From Sphyrna mokarran (lineage: Eukaryota): DNA of 64,000 bases. Both the position numbers and the translations under genes were made by a program. Every line of letters starts with the position of its first letter. Positions within the stretch are counted from its first letter, which is position 1. A model generated the notes under the pieces. That model had not been told where the DNA came from and did not search any database. It worked only from the letters and a program-made list of their open reading frames with translations. Shown piece after piece: positions 12,950 through 25,540 of the stretch. The DNA lies in assembly GCA_024679065.1 (NCBI GenBank), contig JAGIQG010000001.1, positions 115,816,001 through 115,880,000 of the forward strand, read 5' to 3'.

Positions 12950-13905
12950 GCAATTAAACCATGTCTCCATGACAAAGATTGACCCATAATGATGGCGCTA
13001 CTTGTAAATGGCCATCTATTAATAATGGAAGTGAGCACGACGGCTTTGGCCTCCGTTATTGGGGAACAAACATCCGCTCACATCCAAGCTGGAAGTCAAC
13101 TCCTGAACTTAGAAAACACAAAAGCCAGGCTGGCCACTGGGCACTATGGTAGTCCACTTACAAGCAGCAGTCAGCTCAACTTCCACTCATCATTGTACAA
13201 GGACAAGGATCTAGCCTTTTGGGGAGGGATTGGTTCCAACACATTAGACTGAACAGGCTGGTGATCTGTACAAAGTCTTCAGTGAGTACCCCAAAGTTTT
13301 CCAGGAAGGGTTTGGAAAAATAAAGGGAGCCAAAGCTGACCCTGATGTTTCAGCTAAGTATTTTAGATTGAGATCAGTTCCATGCTCCCTACTGGAAAAG
13401 GCAGTCAAAACTGGAATGCCTGGAAAAGCTGAGAATCATAAGACTCATACAATTCACAGAGTAGGCCACTCGTGATGTTCCTGTCTTTAAGGTGGGCGGC
13501 ACGGTGGCAGAGTGATTAGCACTGATGTATCACAGCAGCAGGGAACGGGGTTCAAATTCCAGCCTTGGATCACAGTCTGTGTGGAGTTTTCACATTCTCC
13601 CCATGTCTGCATGGGTTTCCTCTGGGTGTTCCAGTTACCTCCCACAGTCCAAACATGTGCAGATTAGGTGGACTGGTTATGCTGAATTACCCTTTCATAA
13701 CAGGGGGACCAGCAGTGTTAATAAAAACACTGGGATTACAGGGATCGGGTCAGGGTAGGATTATTTTTGGTGCAGGCTGGATGGGTGGAAACACCTCCTT
13801 CTGCTCCATAGGGATTCTATGGATTCTTTGAAGTTGGTCTGACTTTGTGGAGACAATAAGCTTTCTGTCAATAAGGTTTCCAAACTTGACAGATATCTCA
13901 TGCGG
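12950..13905 (+). mobile_element. Ty3/Gypsy LTR retrotransposon protease-RT remnant
   Basis: Frameshifted LLVNGHLLIMEVSTTALASVI (degenerate DTGA protease motif), QLPLIIVQGQGSSLLGRDW, EYPKVFQEGFGKIKG, VPVFK-[SINE]-LCGDNKLSVNKVSKLDRY. Confidence 0.85.
13494..13827 (+). mobile_element. HE1-like V-SINE, tail A, inserted in Gypsy pol
   Basis: gggcggcacggtggcagagtgattagcac head, gggttcaaattcc B box, gggattctatggattct tail. Confidence 0.92.
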
Positions 13906-14016
13906 AATGGGACATTTGTTGGAGAAATGGAACAGAGATGCCTATAGTGTATGCATCTAGGATCTTTTGGATGCTGATTAGAGGTATTCACAGATGGAGA
14001 AAGAGGGTTTGGCAGT

Positions 14017-14319
14017 TCATAGAATCCCTACAATGTAGAAGGAGCCACTCAGATCAGTGAATCTGCACCAACCACAATCCCACCCAGGCACTATTCCTGT
14101 AACTCCACAGCTTTACACTAGGGTTAATTTATCATGGCCAATAAATCTAACCCACACATCTTTGGACTGTGGGATGAAACCAGAGCACCCGGAGGAAACT
14201 CGCGGAGACACAGACAGAACATGCAAACTCCATATAGACAGTGACCCAAGGCTGGAATTGAATCTGGGTCCCTGGCACTGTGAGGCAGCAGTGCTAACCA
14301 CTCTGCCATTATGTTGCCC
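14017..14319 (-). mobile_element. HE1-like V-SINE, tail A
   Basis: Full-length reverse-strand copy. Confidence 0.92.
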
Positions 14320-16189
14320 TCATGCGGAATGGAGTTTTCTTCAGCATTAAAAAAAAAATCCACCAATACATCTATGGTGGATGCTTCAAAGTAACTAATC
14401 ATAAATCATTGCTGCAACTTTTTAAAGACAATTCAGTAACCCTTCCCAGCCTCCCATTACCTCTTCCTGGACACAGACTTGGGCCTTGTTACTTGTGGCT
14501 TAGGAATACCTCCTAAAGCACTGCCCTGGGACTCAGGCAGCTAATACCGATGCACTCAGTCGTCTGCTATTGCTGCTAAGCCCGGCTTTGTTGCCAGCTA
14601 AGGAGGAGGTTGCAATGGCCCTCAAAGGTTTGGACACAAGGTTTGGCAAGGCAAATCAAGGCCTAGATGAAAAAGGATCCAGTCTTATCTAAATCAAAGC
14701 ATATAATATGTTGGATTGAGGGGCAGCCCTCGGAGGGGAAATTAAATACCACTTGACGAGAAAAGACAAGCTCAATGTTGTGTATGCTATCATCCTCTTG
14801 GTTTCCATACAGTTGTCCCCCATCTAGGATGATGATTGCTACTTATAGAATTTATGAAAATACTCAGCAATTTCTGATTTCATTTCACAGTGGCCTCCTT
14901 TTGCACTGCAGCGATTCTATGATTCTAAAAGAATGAAACTCCTGAGGTTTTTCTGTTCACTTTGCAGTCAGCAAGGTTGATTGGCAGCCATTAACAAATA
15001 CCAAGTTGTTAAAAGAGTATTGTTAAAAGAGCTATTAATTGCTCAATTCACCTTTCTTGTGGTAGACTTTCCATCTTATGAGACAATGGTTTCTGCCACA
15101 GTGACCAACTCTGTGCTTAAATTTGCTGGTAATTAATACAAAAAATGCAGCAACTATTTGAAGAGTAAGCGAGGTCCAAGTTGAAATGCTATTTTTACCA
15201 AACTAACTGCAGATCAGTGTAGGTTATCCAGTAACTTGTGATGAGTCATAATTCACAGGATCTCTCTTTCTCACAATGTGTTGCTGACCAATTTGCACAT
15301 TATCGCAAATACCATTATATTTTCAGCAAATTCTAGACTTGGAAGAGCAGTTCAATTCAGGGTGCAGCAAGAAATTGAAATACATTGCACGATCCATTTA
15401 CCAACTGAACTGTAATGGGAACTGAGATTTTACAAATATAATGTACAATGGAAGCTTTATAAAAGAAAAAAAATCATAAAGTTGGATTATGGACTCAATT
15501 CTCGAGGTGCTTCAGTGCTGCCGCTTATGAGCAGACATAAATAATTTCCCCCGATTTCCAGGCTCTCAACTTTAGAATCGTGTAAAATCACACCCTTACA
15601 CATTCACTCTGCCATGCCAACAACCTTGAGAACTTCTGTACTGTCAGAGATTGCATCCTAATCTGATTTTACGGAATGATTCAAGTTATAATTACTGAAC
15701 AGGTACAAGGATTCCAGCTGACAGGCTTGAAGGTAGCAGATAAATGGCTTTGCTTGTTTCTGGATTCATTTCTAATTATGAATACCATTTTCCGTGAATC
15801 AGCACCTTCATCACATCTGCATCAGTGCTGGCTATGACAGACACCATTACTGTTAATGTCACGGCTACTCGTATCTAATAGACACGCTCAGGTTATCACA
15901 CTTCCAATTTACTTTCCACAAATAGTGCACATGCAGCACAACAACAACAACAAAAGATGAGAATCTTGTAGTAATTAGAGATCTACCTTTAATCCGATTC
16001 TCAGACTTGTTCACTTGTGCTCATTTAGGTAATGATGGAAGGGTTGGATATATAACAACAATATCAAATTACATTGATACAGTGGATTTAGTGCAATAAA
16101 ACATTCTGACTTGCTCAACAAGAGCAATGTCAACAAAAATATTGAATCACAGAGGGGGATAACAAACAATTTGATCAAAGAGGTACATA

Positions 16190-16715
16190 TGCATCAGATT
16201 GGATATATGACACAGAAATAAACCATTCAGCTCAATTAGTGCAGGTTGGTATTCTTGTTCCACTCAAGCATTTTCTCATCTTCCCTTATCAAGATATATG
16301 ATCATACCCTCTATTCCCTACTCCACTTACTGACTTTCCCCTTAAATGCAACTATTCACTTCAACCACTCTGTGCAGTGAGTTCCACATTTTCTCGACTC
16401 TTTGGGTAACGAAGATTCTTCTGAATCCAATACTGGATTTATTGGTGACTTATTTTGACGGCCTCCAGTTATGTCTTTCTCAACAAAAGAGAACATTCTC
16501 CCTGTAATCATTCTATTTTTACAACCCCACAGCCTTCTTATCAAGAACAAACAGACCCAGCCTGTCAATTCATTCCTGATATGTATACAGATGCATTTCT
16601 GATATTATCCTTGTAAATGCTCTCTCTGCTCTCTCCAGTGCATCTGTTTGTATTTTTTTAATATGGTGGCCAGAATCCATACAAAATATTTCCTACTTTT
16701 CACTTTTATCCTTCC
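16190..16715 (-). mobile_element. CR1 LINE 3' portion
   Basis: cacttcaaccactctgtgcagtgagttccacatt..actctttgggtaacgaagattcttctgaatcc..atatggtggccagaa. Confidence 0.75.
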
Positions 16716-16717
16716 AT

Positions 16718-17065
16718 TTAGTTTGATTTATTATTGTCATATGTTTCGAAATACAGTGAAAAGTATTGTTTCATGCGCGCTATGCAGACAAAATATATAG
16801 TTCAAAGAGTACATAAAGAAAGAGTGCAGAATATAGTGTTACAGTCATAGTTAGGTTGCAGAGAAAAATCAATTTAATGTGAGGTAGGTCCATTCAAAAG
16901 TTTAATGGCAGCAGGAAGAAGCTGTTCTTGAGTTTGTTGAACCTAATCTCAGACTTTTGTATCTTTCCTGACGGAAGGTTGAAGAGGCAACATCCAGGGT
17001 GCACGAGATTCTTGATTATGCTGGCTGCTTTTCTGAGGTGATGGAAAGTGTAGAGAGAGTCAAAT
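16718..17065 (-). mobile_element. Rex1/Babar-type LINE 3' end
   Basis: ORF 16894-17178 contains RKAASIIKNLVHPGCCLFNLPSGK..NKLKNSFF, the typical Rex1 C-terminus, followed by an A-rich tail. Confidence 0.8.
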
Positions 17066-17069
17066 AAAA

Positions 17070-17281
17070 GGTGGCATTCTCCAGCCACCCTCATCCCGTG
17101 ACAGGTTTTCTCACTGTGGCTGTAGCTCGCCATGGGTCGGCAGCATAACCTTTTGGTCCCACTGATGTTGATGACCATTCACATTCCTCACTCAAACCAC
17201 TGTTGGTAAACCTGCGGCAGGGGGATTGACTTCAACAGAAACAATGATGCTGCAGGTGCCAAGCGCTGGAATACTGTGTCC
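17070..17281. mobile_element. Probable MITE
   Basis: Imperfect inverted ends ggtggcattctccagc ... gctggaatactgtgtcc; GC-rich island between LINE pieces. Confidence 0.45.
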
Positions 17282-17399
17282 ATAGTCTAGTGCTTGTTTT
17301 TCTTTTTTTATGGCCATTTGTGGCCTGTGGGGCAACTTTTAACCATAGATGCATTTGCATCTGAGATGTATTTGTTCTTTTGCCCTCTCTAGATTTGCA

Positions 17400-17815
17400 C
17401 CTTATGAGAAAGAAAATATTTCCTTGGTCTTTCTACCAAAATGTACTACCTCACATTTTTCTGTATTTAACTTCATTTGCCAGTTATTTACCCATTCTGC
17501 AAGTCTGTTAATATCTTCCAGCAATTTGTTGTGGTCCTCTTCAGCATTGACTATCCTGTAACTTGGTGCATTCCTCAAATTAGAAATTGTTTTTGATTCC
17601 AGAGTCCAAATGGTTAATGTAAACTGTGCACAGCAGTGGTCCCAGCATTGATCCTTTCCCACCTTCTGCCACTGAATAACCAAGTAGTTTTCACTCCCAT
17701 TTCTATTTTGAAGCCAACTAGCAACCCATGCTGCGACTTGCTCCCTGACTCCACATTCTTTAACATTATAATTAATTTATTCTGGGGTACCTAATCAAAG
17801 ACTTTTTGAAAATAC
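17400..17815 (-). mobile_element. CR1 LINE reverse-transcriptase fragment
   Basis: EEDHNKLLEDINRLAEWVNNWQMKLNTEKCEVVHFGRK in ORF 17402-17683. Confidence 0.9.
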
Positions 17816-17852
17816 TGCAATACATCGCTTTGATCAGTAACACAAAGTAGAC

Positions 17853-18120
17853 AAAGTTTAAAGTTTACGTTTATTACTGTCACGAGTAGACTTACATTCA
17901 CACTACAATGAAGTTAACATGAAAATTTCCGAGTCGCCACACTTTGTAGCCTGTTTGAATACACTGAGTGAGAACTTAGTATGGCCAATGCACCTAACTA
18001 GCACATCTTTCAAACTTTGGGAAGAAACCAGAGAAACCTATGTAGATACGGGAGAACATACAAACTCCACACAGACAGTGACCCAAGCCGAGAATTGAAC
18101 CCATGCTCCCGGTGATGTGA
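17853..18120 (-). mobile_element. V-SINE, tail type B
   Basis: V-SINE body with the alternative tail aaagtttaaagttt..tgtcacgagtagacttacatt..gagtcgccacac. Confidence 0.85.
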
Positions 18121-18124
18121 ATCT

Positions 18125-18490
18125 TTCAAGAGCATTTCAGAGGTTAGGATCACAGTTGCTGAAAGGACAATGATGGAACAATTAAACTCCTATATGATAG
18201 ACCAGAATTGCAAGAGTGCAGAGATCCCAAAAGCTTGCAGAGCTAGAATAGGCTGTGGTAGGAAGGAGTGAGATTAAAGAGAATGGGAAAATGGTTGAAC
18301 TTTATGGGTGTAATTATCCAGCCCTATACTCATCAGCTATTGTCAAACTTAGAGTCAGTGCAGGTCAGCAAGCAGAGGACAACAAGATTTTGGGCAAGTC
18401 AGAATATGGGGCAGTGGAGCTATGCAGACATTCAAGTTTAAGCAGAATGAATGACAGGAGGCCAGCCAAAGATGCGTTGTAATAATTACA
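18125..18490 (-). mobile_element. Old L2-like LINE fragment
   Basis: Degenerate ttcagaggttagg..ccagaattgcaagagtgcagagat..ggaggccagcca pattern. Confidence 0.4.
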
Positions 18491-21084
18491 TATCTCAATT
18501 ACAGTCTTATCATCGCCTTTTTCATCACTGTACCAAATGTCATTGCTAATATGTATGCTTCACGGATAGCTGAATCACTTACAGAGGGGAGACCTTTGCC
18601 AAATAGGTCACAATTATCAGCATTCATTTCCAATTTTCTATAATGGGCATGAATGAGAATCAGCCTTTACCAACTTTCCCTATGCTAATATCCACCAACC
18701 CCAGCTGATGGTGCCTGAAGCAGCAACCAAAATCCTTCTAACACAGAAGCCTTGCTCTGACATGCCATATGACAACTCAGGAGTTCTGAATTACATATGG
18801 TTAGGATGATGACAATCGCTCACTCGCTCAGCCTTCCAGCTTAAGCATGCTGAGTTTCATCTGGAATCTGGCTTCTTCTCACAAGTGAAATAATGCCAGG
18901 TTGTACTGCCTACTGTGTACTGTAATGTAAACAAGATTGATTTCCCATTTTTTCATTAAAAAAGCACGGTGAAAGCATCTTCGATGCTTGATGACATAAT
19001 TCTGGCACTGCAATTTCAGTCCATTATCTCCACTCTAGTGAAGCAAAACTAATGGATAGCCTGCAAATGCAGTTACATAATTGGGGGTTCGGATGACATA
19101 TAGACCATAACTGGAAAGTTCAAAGGAGTTTAGAAACAGTGTCGGAAACCCCAAGGAGCAAGTTCTTGTGTGTTAACTATATTCATTGTTTTTTTTATAT
19201 ATAATGTAAACTTTTATTGGGTGTCTATGTGACATAGTGCAAGCTCATTTTGTAACTTATGCATGGTTTCTGTGGAAGATGAAGGTTAGAATTCTTATCA
19301 TCAGATGTGAGCGACATCACTACAAATAGAGGAAGGATTCTCTCTGGTTAATGTTTCATGGCAAAACCATTTGTGGTGAAGGGCTTGGACAGGAGAGGAG
19401 GGTAGTCTGTTGGTGTGGAATTTTAACAGGGAAGGAATATAAAGAGTGACAGGTTTCAACATGGAACTACCACTAGCACATTAGACAAATATTTCTTCCT
19501 CTACCAAACATTCTATGAAATTAATTCGATTGGAAAACCTTCTCAGTCCACTTACAATTGCACCTGAAACTTGTGATCAGAGGAGGCTTGGTTCTTTTCC
19601 ATTACATTATGACATAAGCAATTGCAGGATATTGTGGTTTAAATAAATTTTAAACATTCATGCTCCCGGCAGGTGATGCTCTCTGCCAGGTGTACAGACT
19701 GATAAAATGACCCTACCGGTGCATAGAACAGACCAATCTCATACAAAAAGAGAAATGTAATTCACTCCACTCACTGAAACCAGAGAATAACTAGACCTTA
19801 TAATACTCCTCTGTGGGTCCCATGAACAATAATTCTATCTAATTGTGATACAACCAAATCTGTTTTAATGTTACTGACAACAGAGTATAATATTTTGGTG
19901 CAATGTTGGTCTAATGAATGCCTCATTTATATAATTAAATGCAGAACACAAAATTCATCCTGGAATACTGCATTTCCAAGGATATAATATGGAAATAAGG
20001 TACATATTCGATGCTACACTTGAAAGTCAGATGCTGCAGCGTTGAAGTGGTAATTCTCCATCCTGTTATAAAATAGCATCAGCTCCTCGGTGTCACAGAG
20101 TAGAAATCAATAGAAGCAGGTTGACAGAAACCAGAATCATTTGATGCTTTACCACAACACTACCACCATTATCAAGGCAGTGAAGTGTGATGTATTTAGT
20201 TCATATAGTACTCATTGCACCCAATATGCCTTGTCATCAGGGGGAAAATTATACTGGATAGGGAAGGCAATCAACTAGTTGTAGTACAATCAAAAAAATG
20301 ACAGTCTCAGCTGCTTAGTGGAGCAGTTAGAAGCATTATCCACAATGCAGCCGAGTTCTTAGTTTACTCCAAAAGATGGTTCTTGGTAATTGCTGTGCTA
20401 AGTAAATATCTTCTCAGAATTCCTTTAAATCCCTCTGCGTCCTAGGGTGTTGGGCATTAAATAAAATTGAATTCATTTTTGGAATTTAAATACGCTTAAA
20501 ATAAATGCAGCTGTGTTGTAAGCAAGAGATAGTACTGTTCATACTGTCTATATTAGATTTGGCTTATATCAAAGCTGACCCTTAAGTACTACTGAGCAAC
20601 TTCACAAGTGGGTGAGTAATCAAGGTAAACGGGATCAGATGTGTATGCAGAGCAGACCAGGCTTAGTTGTGCTTCTGCCTCTGACTGCGTATGACAGTTG
20701 AAGCTGGTAGCTTCCTGTCCATTTCATTTCCACAGGCTTTCATCTTCTCTTTTGTGTTCCCGACACAATGGCAATCAGGGTAAAATTCTCATCTCACGTG
20801 GGAGTGAAGCGAAGGAAGAGAAAATCGTATTAGATAGAAAATAGACTTGCCTATGAAAAAAATTCCTGCCTTCCTCTCACCAAGAATTTACTACTTCAAT
20901 CCTCCTCATTCATTGAGCTGTTTTTGTATCTCATGCTAGTTACCTACATTAAATCTCAAAAGACTTTTGTTGGTTGTAACACACTTTGAGACATCCTACG
21001 AGTCTTGAAAAATACCATATAAATACAAAAACTTCTATTCTTTTTGAAGAAAAAGTGTAATAAACATCTCCCAAGGCCTGAACA

Positions 21085-21790
21085 CAAAAATCAAGGCTGA
21101 AGTTCCAGTGCAGTACCAAGGGAATACCATACTGTCAGAGCTGCCATCTTTCAGACAAGATTTCCAAGGTCACACCTGCCTGCTCAAGTAGATGTATAAG
21201 ATCCCATGGTACCATTTCAAGGAAGAGTATGGGAGTTAACTCTGGTGTCCTAGCCAATATTTATTCTTCAATCTTCAATCAAAGTAAAATAGGTAATGTG
21301 GTCATTATCACACTGCTGATTGTGGAAGCTTGCTGTGCGCAAGTTGGCTGCCACATATCCTACATTACGACAGTGACTGCACTTCAAAAGGAACTTCATT
21401 GCCACCGTGTCTCAAAGTGTTACACAATCAAAATGATTAGTACTGCTGCCTTACAGCACCAGAAACCCGGGTTCAATTCAGGCCTCAGGTGACTGTGTGG
21501 AGTTTGCATGTTCTCCCTGTGTCTACATGGGTACCCTCCCGGGTATTCCTGTTTCCTCTCACATTCCAAAGATGTGCACATTAGGTTGAATGCCTGTGTT
21601 AAATTGTTCTTTAGTGTCAGGGGAATTAGCAGGATAAATACGCGGGTTTACAGGGATAAGGCATGGGTGGGGTTGCTGTCGATATGGAATCAATGTGTTG
21701 AATAGCCTCATCCTGCACTGTTAGTGATTCTATGTTTCTATGAGACATTGATAGTCATGAAGAGTACTGTATTAATATAAATCTTTCATT
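21085..21790 (+). mobile_element. Deu-domain SINE interrupted by a V-SINE
   Basis: aaaatcaaggctga..ccagtgcagtacc..gatgtataagatcccatgg..gaagcttgctgtgcgcaagttggctgcc; tail resumes after 21743. Confidence 0.8.
21434..21743 (+). mobile_element. HE1-like V-SINE, tail A
   Basis: ttagtactgctgccttacagcaccag..gggttcaattc..gattctatgtttctatga. Confidence 0.88.
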
Positions 21791-23751
21791 TAATCTTAAA
21801 GTATAATGATTATAGATTCAGATTATATAGATTCAACTACCATAAAGAAATGCTACATTCGGTGCCTTTTTGAATTCTTCTAGATCTGATGTTGATAAGT
21901 GTTTAGGTTTGGCTAAACAACATGAGAATGTAGATTGATGTTCTGTCTTTGCAGCTAAGGAAGGTTAACTAAGCAGTAGGAGTGATGATAAGTTACCTCT
22001 AGCTACTGTTTTGCATGATTTAATTGGGGTGCACTTCTGGGATTCTTTACTGACTCCAAAGACAGCATCTGAAGGACACCTTGACGCAAAATATAAAGGT
22101 TAATTTAAAAATAAAAATGCCCCCCCCCCCCAGAAATAATAGGGATTCAGTTAAAACTCTTACTTCATTTTTTTTTTAAGATGTTTTATGCTTGCTGTAA
22201 ATTCAGTTATCTTCCATGGCTGACTCCAAAATAGTTAATGGATTGGAGTAAAGCTTTTGATAGTGTTCATTAGAATGGTTAGTGAGAAGGGACAGGGTGG
22301 AGGCTGTAGAAATCGTTGACATAAAAGAAGTAACACTTGCTCGGCTTTTAGAAGTGCAGTAGATTTGTATTTAATTCACACAGGGCACTGTCAAGTCGAA
22401 CAGTCAGACCTTTAAAAGACATTTGAATTCTGAGATCTATAAGTTATGCTAAGCAACACTGAACTCAGGTAGAATAAAAATTGTATGAGTCAATCATCTA
22501 GGGATATGTTCGAAGTTTAATAGGTTTAGTGCACAAATTCCACCCATTCTTCCAGTCACTTTCTCCTTACTGTCACTTATTTCCAGTCGAAATTCTTCAC
22601 TCTTTGGAATGGAACACTGTTCCAACAATGACATTTATATCATGAATACTTACCTACTGTCATTTTTTTGTTCAATGTTTTAATGTAGATAAGCACTTTA
22701 TTATCTACCTGTCACACCAGTCAGATGCAAGTGCTGCTATCTTCTACAAAATTGTCACTGCGATCCAAATCTCAACAGAATTGCAGCAGCAACTACTGTA
22801 AAAAGTGACTGAATCATTTCATTACAAAATGCTTCATCTTCAAGGTTTCTCTGAGGAAATTATATTGTATTCGACTGAAATTCTGTTATTGTTGTTTCAC
22901 ACTCATTGCCACTATTCTGTTTGACAAATTGGAAAACAGAAGTATTATCTGCTCTTTTCCAAAGATGTTTCCACCTGTTTATTTCACCTCCCTCCCTCCA
23001 CAAACCAATGTTAGAAGGGCAAGCGATTTTCTGGGAGAGATGATTATGTAAAAGATTTTGTTTGATCAAAGAAGAAACAAAGCGGGTAAGAATTTTTTGC
23101 TGGGTTCTGCTCAATTTTTTTCACTCTCTTCCTCCTTAAATTTCCATGCTCAGAGAGGAAATGGATTTACTGGACAAGGTGATCCCAAACAACAAAAGGT
23201 CAAGGAGTCAAGCAGGGGCACGATGTGTGATTAAACTGAACCCATTCAATTCAGCTGCATGCTGCCTGCTGTTTGAAATCATGTTGCTAACTGGGTTGCT
23301 TATGGCTGAATGATTTAGCAATGGGGTCAATCTCTTGAGCAGATAACCTCACATGAAAGCTGGCACGCACTGCTTAAAGAAAACTGCTATCTCTTAACAA
23401 GAGGGGCAACATGGCTGGAGCAGATACTGGCAGCCACGCAGGAAATGGATATGGTCTTTGAAATGTTGACTAACGACTCAAATATGGAAAATGCCATCTC
23501 TTGTAGGACAAGGTGGTCCACAATAGTACAATAGTAGGCAGCAGTAGCTAATTGAAGGGCGGGGGGGCTGGTGAGGCTACATAATCTGACTCCCTTGGAG
23601 GGGACACTGCTGCCAATACCGGAATCCTCATTGCTGAGACCATGGCCTAAGGGTGTGATGATGTGGAGATGCCAGCTTTGGACTGGGGTAAACAAGTAAG
23701 AAATCTCACAATGCCAGATTAAAGTCCAATAGGTTTATTTGCAGCAAATGC

Positions 23752-23788
23752 CACTACCTTTCAGAACGGGCTGTTCCTTCATCAGGTG
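23752..23788 (-). ncRNA. Minimal type I hammerhead ribozyme motif (Penelope-associated)
   Basis: cac-CTGATGA-a-ggaac-agccc-gttct-GAAA-gg-TA-gtg: both core boxes, stem I cac/gtg, stem II ggaac/gttct. Confidence 0.7.
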
Positions 23789-24434
23789 AGTGGGAGTTCT
23801 GATCACAAGCAGGGCATATAACTCAATTTACATGAATAATAATTGGAATGTGAGTCTTTACAACAAATCAAGTCTTAAAGGTACAGACAATGTGAGTAGT
23901 GAGAGCATTAAGTACAGGTTAAAAAGATGTGTATTGTTTCCAGACAGGAAAGTTAGTGAGATTTTGCAAGTCCAGGCAACTTTTAGGATTACAGATAGTG
24001 TGACATGAACCCAAGATCCCGGTTGAGGCTGTCCTCATGTGTGAGGAACTTGGCTTTCAGTCTGTGCTCAGTGACTCTGTGCTGTCATGTGTTGTGAAGG
24101 CCGGCTTGGAGAACGCTTAGCCGAAGGTCACAGGCCAAATGCCTATTATTGCTGAAGTGTTCCCCAACAGTACACATGAGGATGCCTCAACCAAGATCTT
24201 GGGTTCATGTCACACTATCTGTAACCCCCACAACTTGCCTGGACTTGCAAAATCTCACTAACTGTCCTGTCTGGAAACAATACACATCTTTTTAACCAGA
24301 GCTTAATGCTCTCTCCACTCACATTGTCTGTACCTTCAAAACTTGATTAAATGTAAAGACTCATATTTTAATCATTATTCATGTAAATTGAGTTTGTGCC
24401 TTTATATGCCCTGTTTGTGACCAGAACTCCCACC

Positions 24435-24471
24435 CATCTGATGACGGAACAGCCAGTTCCAAAAGCTACTG
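24435..24471 (+). ncRNA. Hammerhead ribozyme motif with core mutation
   Basis: cat-CTGATGA-c-ggaac-agcca-gttcc-AAAA-gc-TA-ctg; GAAA changed to AAAA. Confidence 0.55.
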
Positions 24472-24699
24472 GCATTTGCTACAAATAAATCTGTTGAACT
24501 TTAATCGGATGTTGTGACACTTCTTACTAAAAGTATGAAACCATGCTCAAACTTAGTCATCCTCCTCACATCCCATCTCCCTTTCATCCCACACGCTATT
24601 CCAATTTATAAGCTGTGAATGATTTAACCACAAACCTCTTGCTTACCACTGCTCTATATGTTACATAACCAATTTCTTTTCAGACAGTCAATGACTGCT

Positions 24700-25540
24700 A
24701 TTTGGCCAGACAGCTGAGGCAAGCTATGAAGACAACCATGATAAAGATGCACTGTCGCTTAATCTCAAACTGGCAGACTTCAGGTCAGATCACTACATGT
24801 AATTTAGAGGTTAGTGCAGAAGTAGGATCTGCATGGAGTGAGACACAAGTGGCCTAGCTGAGCTAGAATAGGGAGACAAAGATAATGGAAGTGCAAGATT
24901 GCTGGAGGGTAAGTCACACATGTGTTCTACTTCAGAGGATTCAGCCAAGCACTTCAATGGGTATCCTACAAATAAATGCTATTGGGTATAGACAACAAAT
25001 TGTTTGGTCATTAGGAAGTTTTCCAGAAAGGCTGCAGTCAATGTGAAAAGGAAGATGGAGCAGTTTAGATTGAACTTGGCACATGTTTTTTTCCACAAAG
25101 TTAGGAGCCCATCCTTTCCAGTATGGCAGTAATGTCCAGCTCCTACAGCCGACTTGTTGACTCACCAAGAAACAGTGTCTGATAGCTGATATCTTAGCTT
25201 CCACTGCAATGCAAAAAATTTTCGTGCAAAGTCTGAGCATGACACTGGAAGTTCAGACTGAAGTAATGCCAATGCAAGCTCTACCACGAGTGTGGATTAT
25301 AGTGGGTGGGGCCAGTGGCTTCATGGAGCGTGTAGCTCTCACAGGAACATAGCATTTGTTCTCCCGCTCCCTGTCAATCTACTTTGCTATTGCCCAACAT
25401 CCATGCTGCAGTCCAATGGCAAGGGTTTCCAGGCCCAAAGCTTGAGGAATATTTGCCCAAGTCCAATTTCAGTCTTTACTGCTGAAAACCAGCAGCTGAC
25501 ACCAGGAATACAACTGGGATAGAACTGAGACAGGCAAGGC
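24700..25540 (+). mobile_element. Decayed Harbinger Myb/SANT-ORF 3' region
   Basis: Weak similarity of 24750-24870 to 38150-38270; no intact frame. Confidence 0.35.

Larger units (their letters stand above)
23657..24528. mobile_element. Penelope-like element: 3' fragment with inverted pseudo-LTR copy
   Basis: Arms 23695-24042 and 24172-24528 are reverse complements. Minus strand 24168-23989 encodes VGEHFSNNRHLACDLRLSVLQAGLHNT*QHRVTEHRLKAKFLTHEDSLNRDLGFMSHYL*, resembling a GIY-YIG endonuclease C-terminus. Confidence 0.88.

Noticed and set aside
13494-13570. tRNA-like A/B boxes
   Set aside because: SINE heads without a full cloverleaf; no tRNA gene called.
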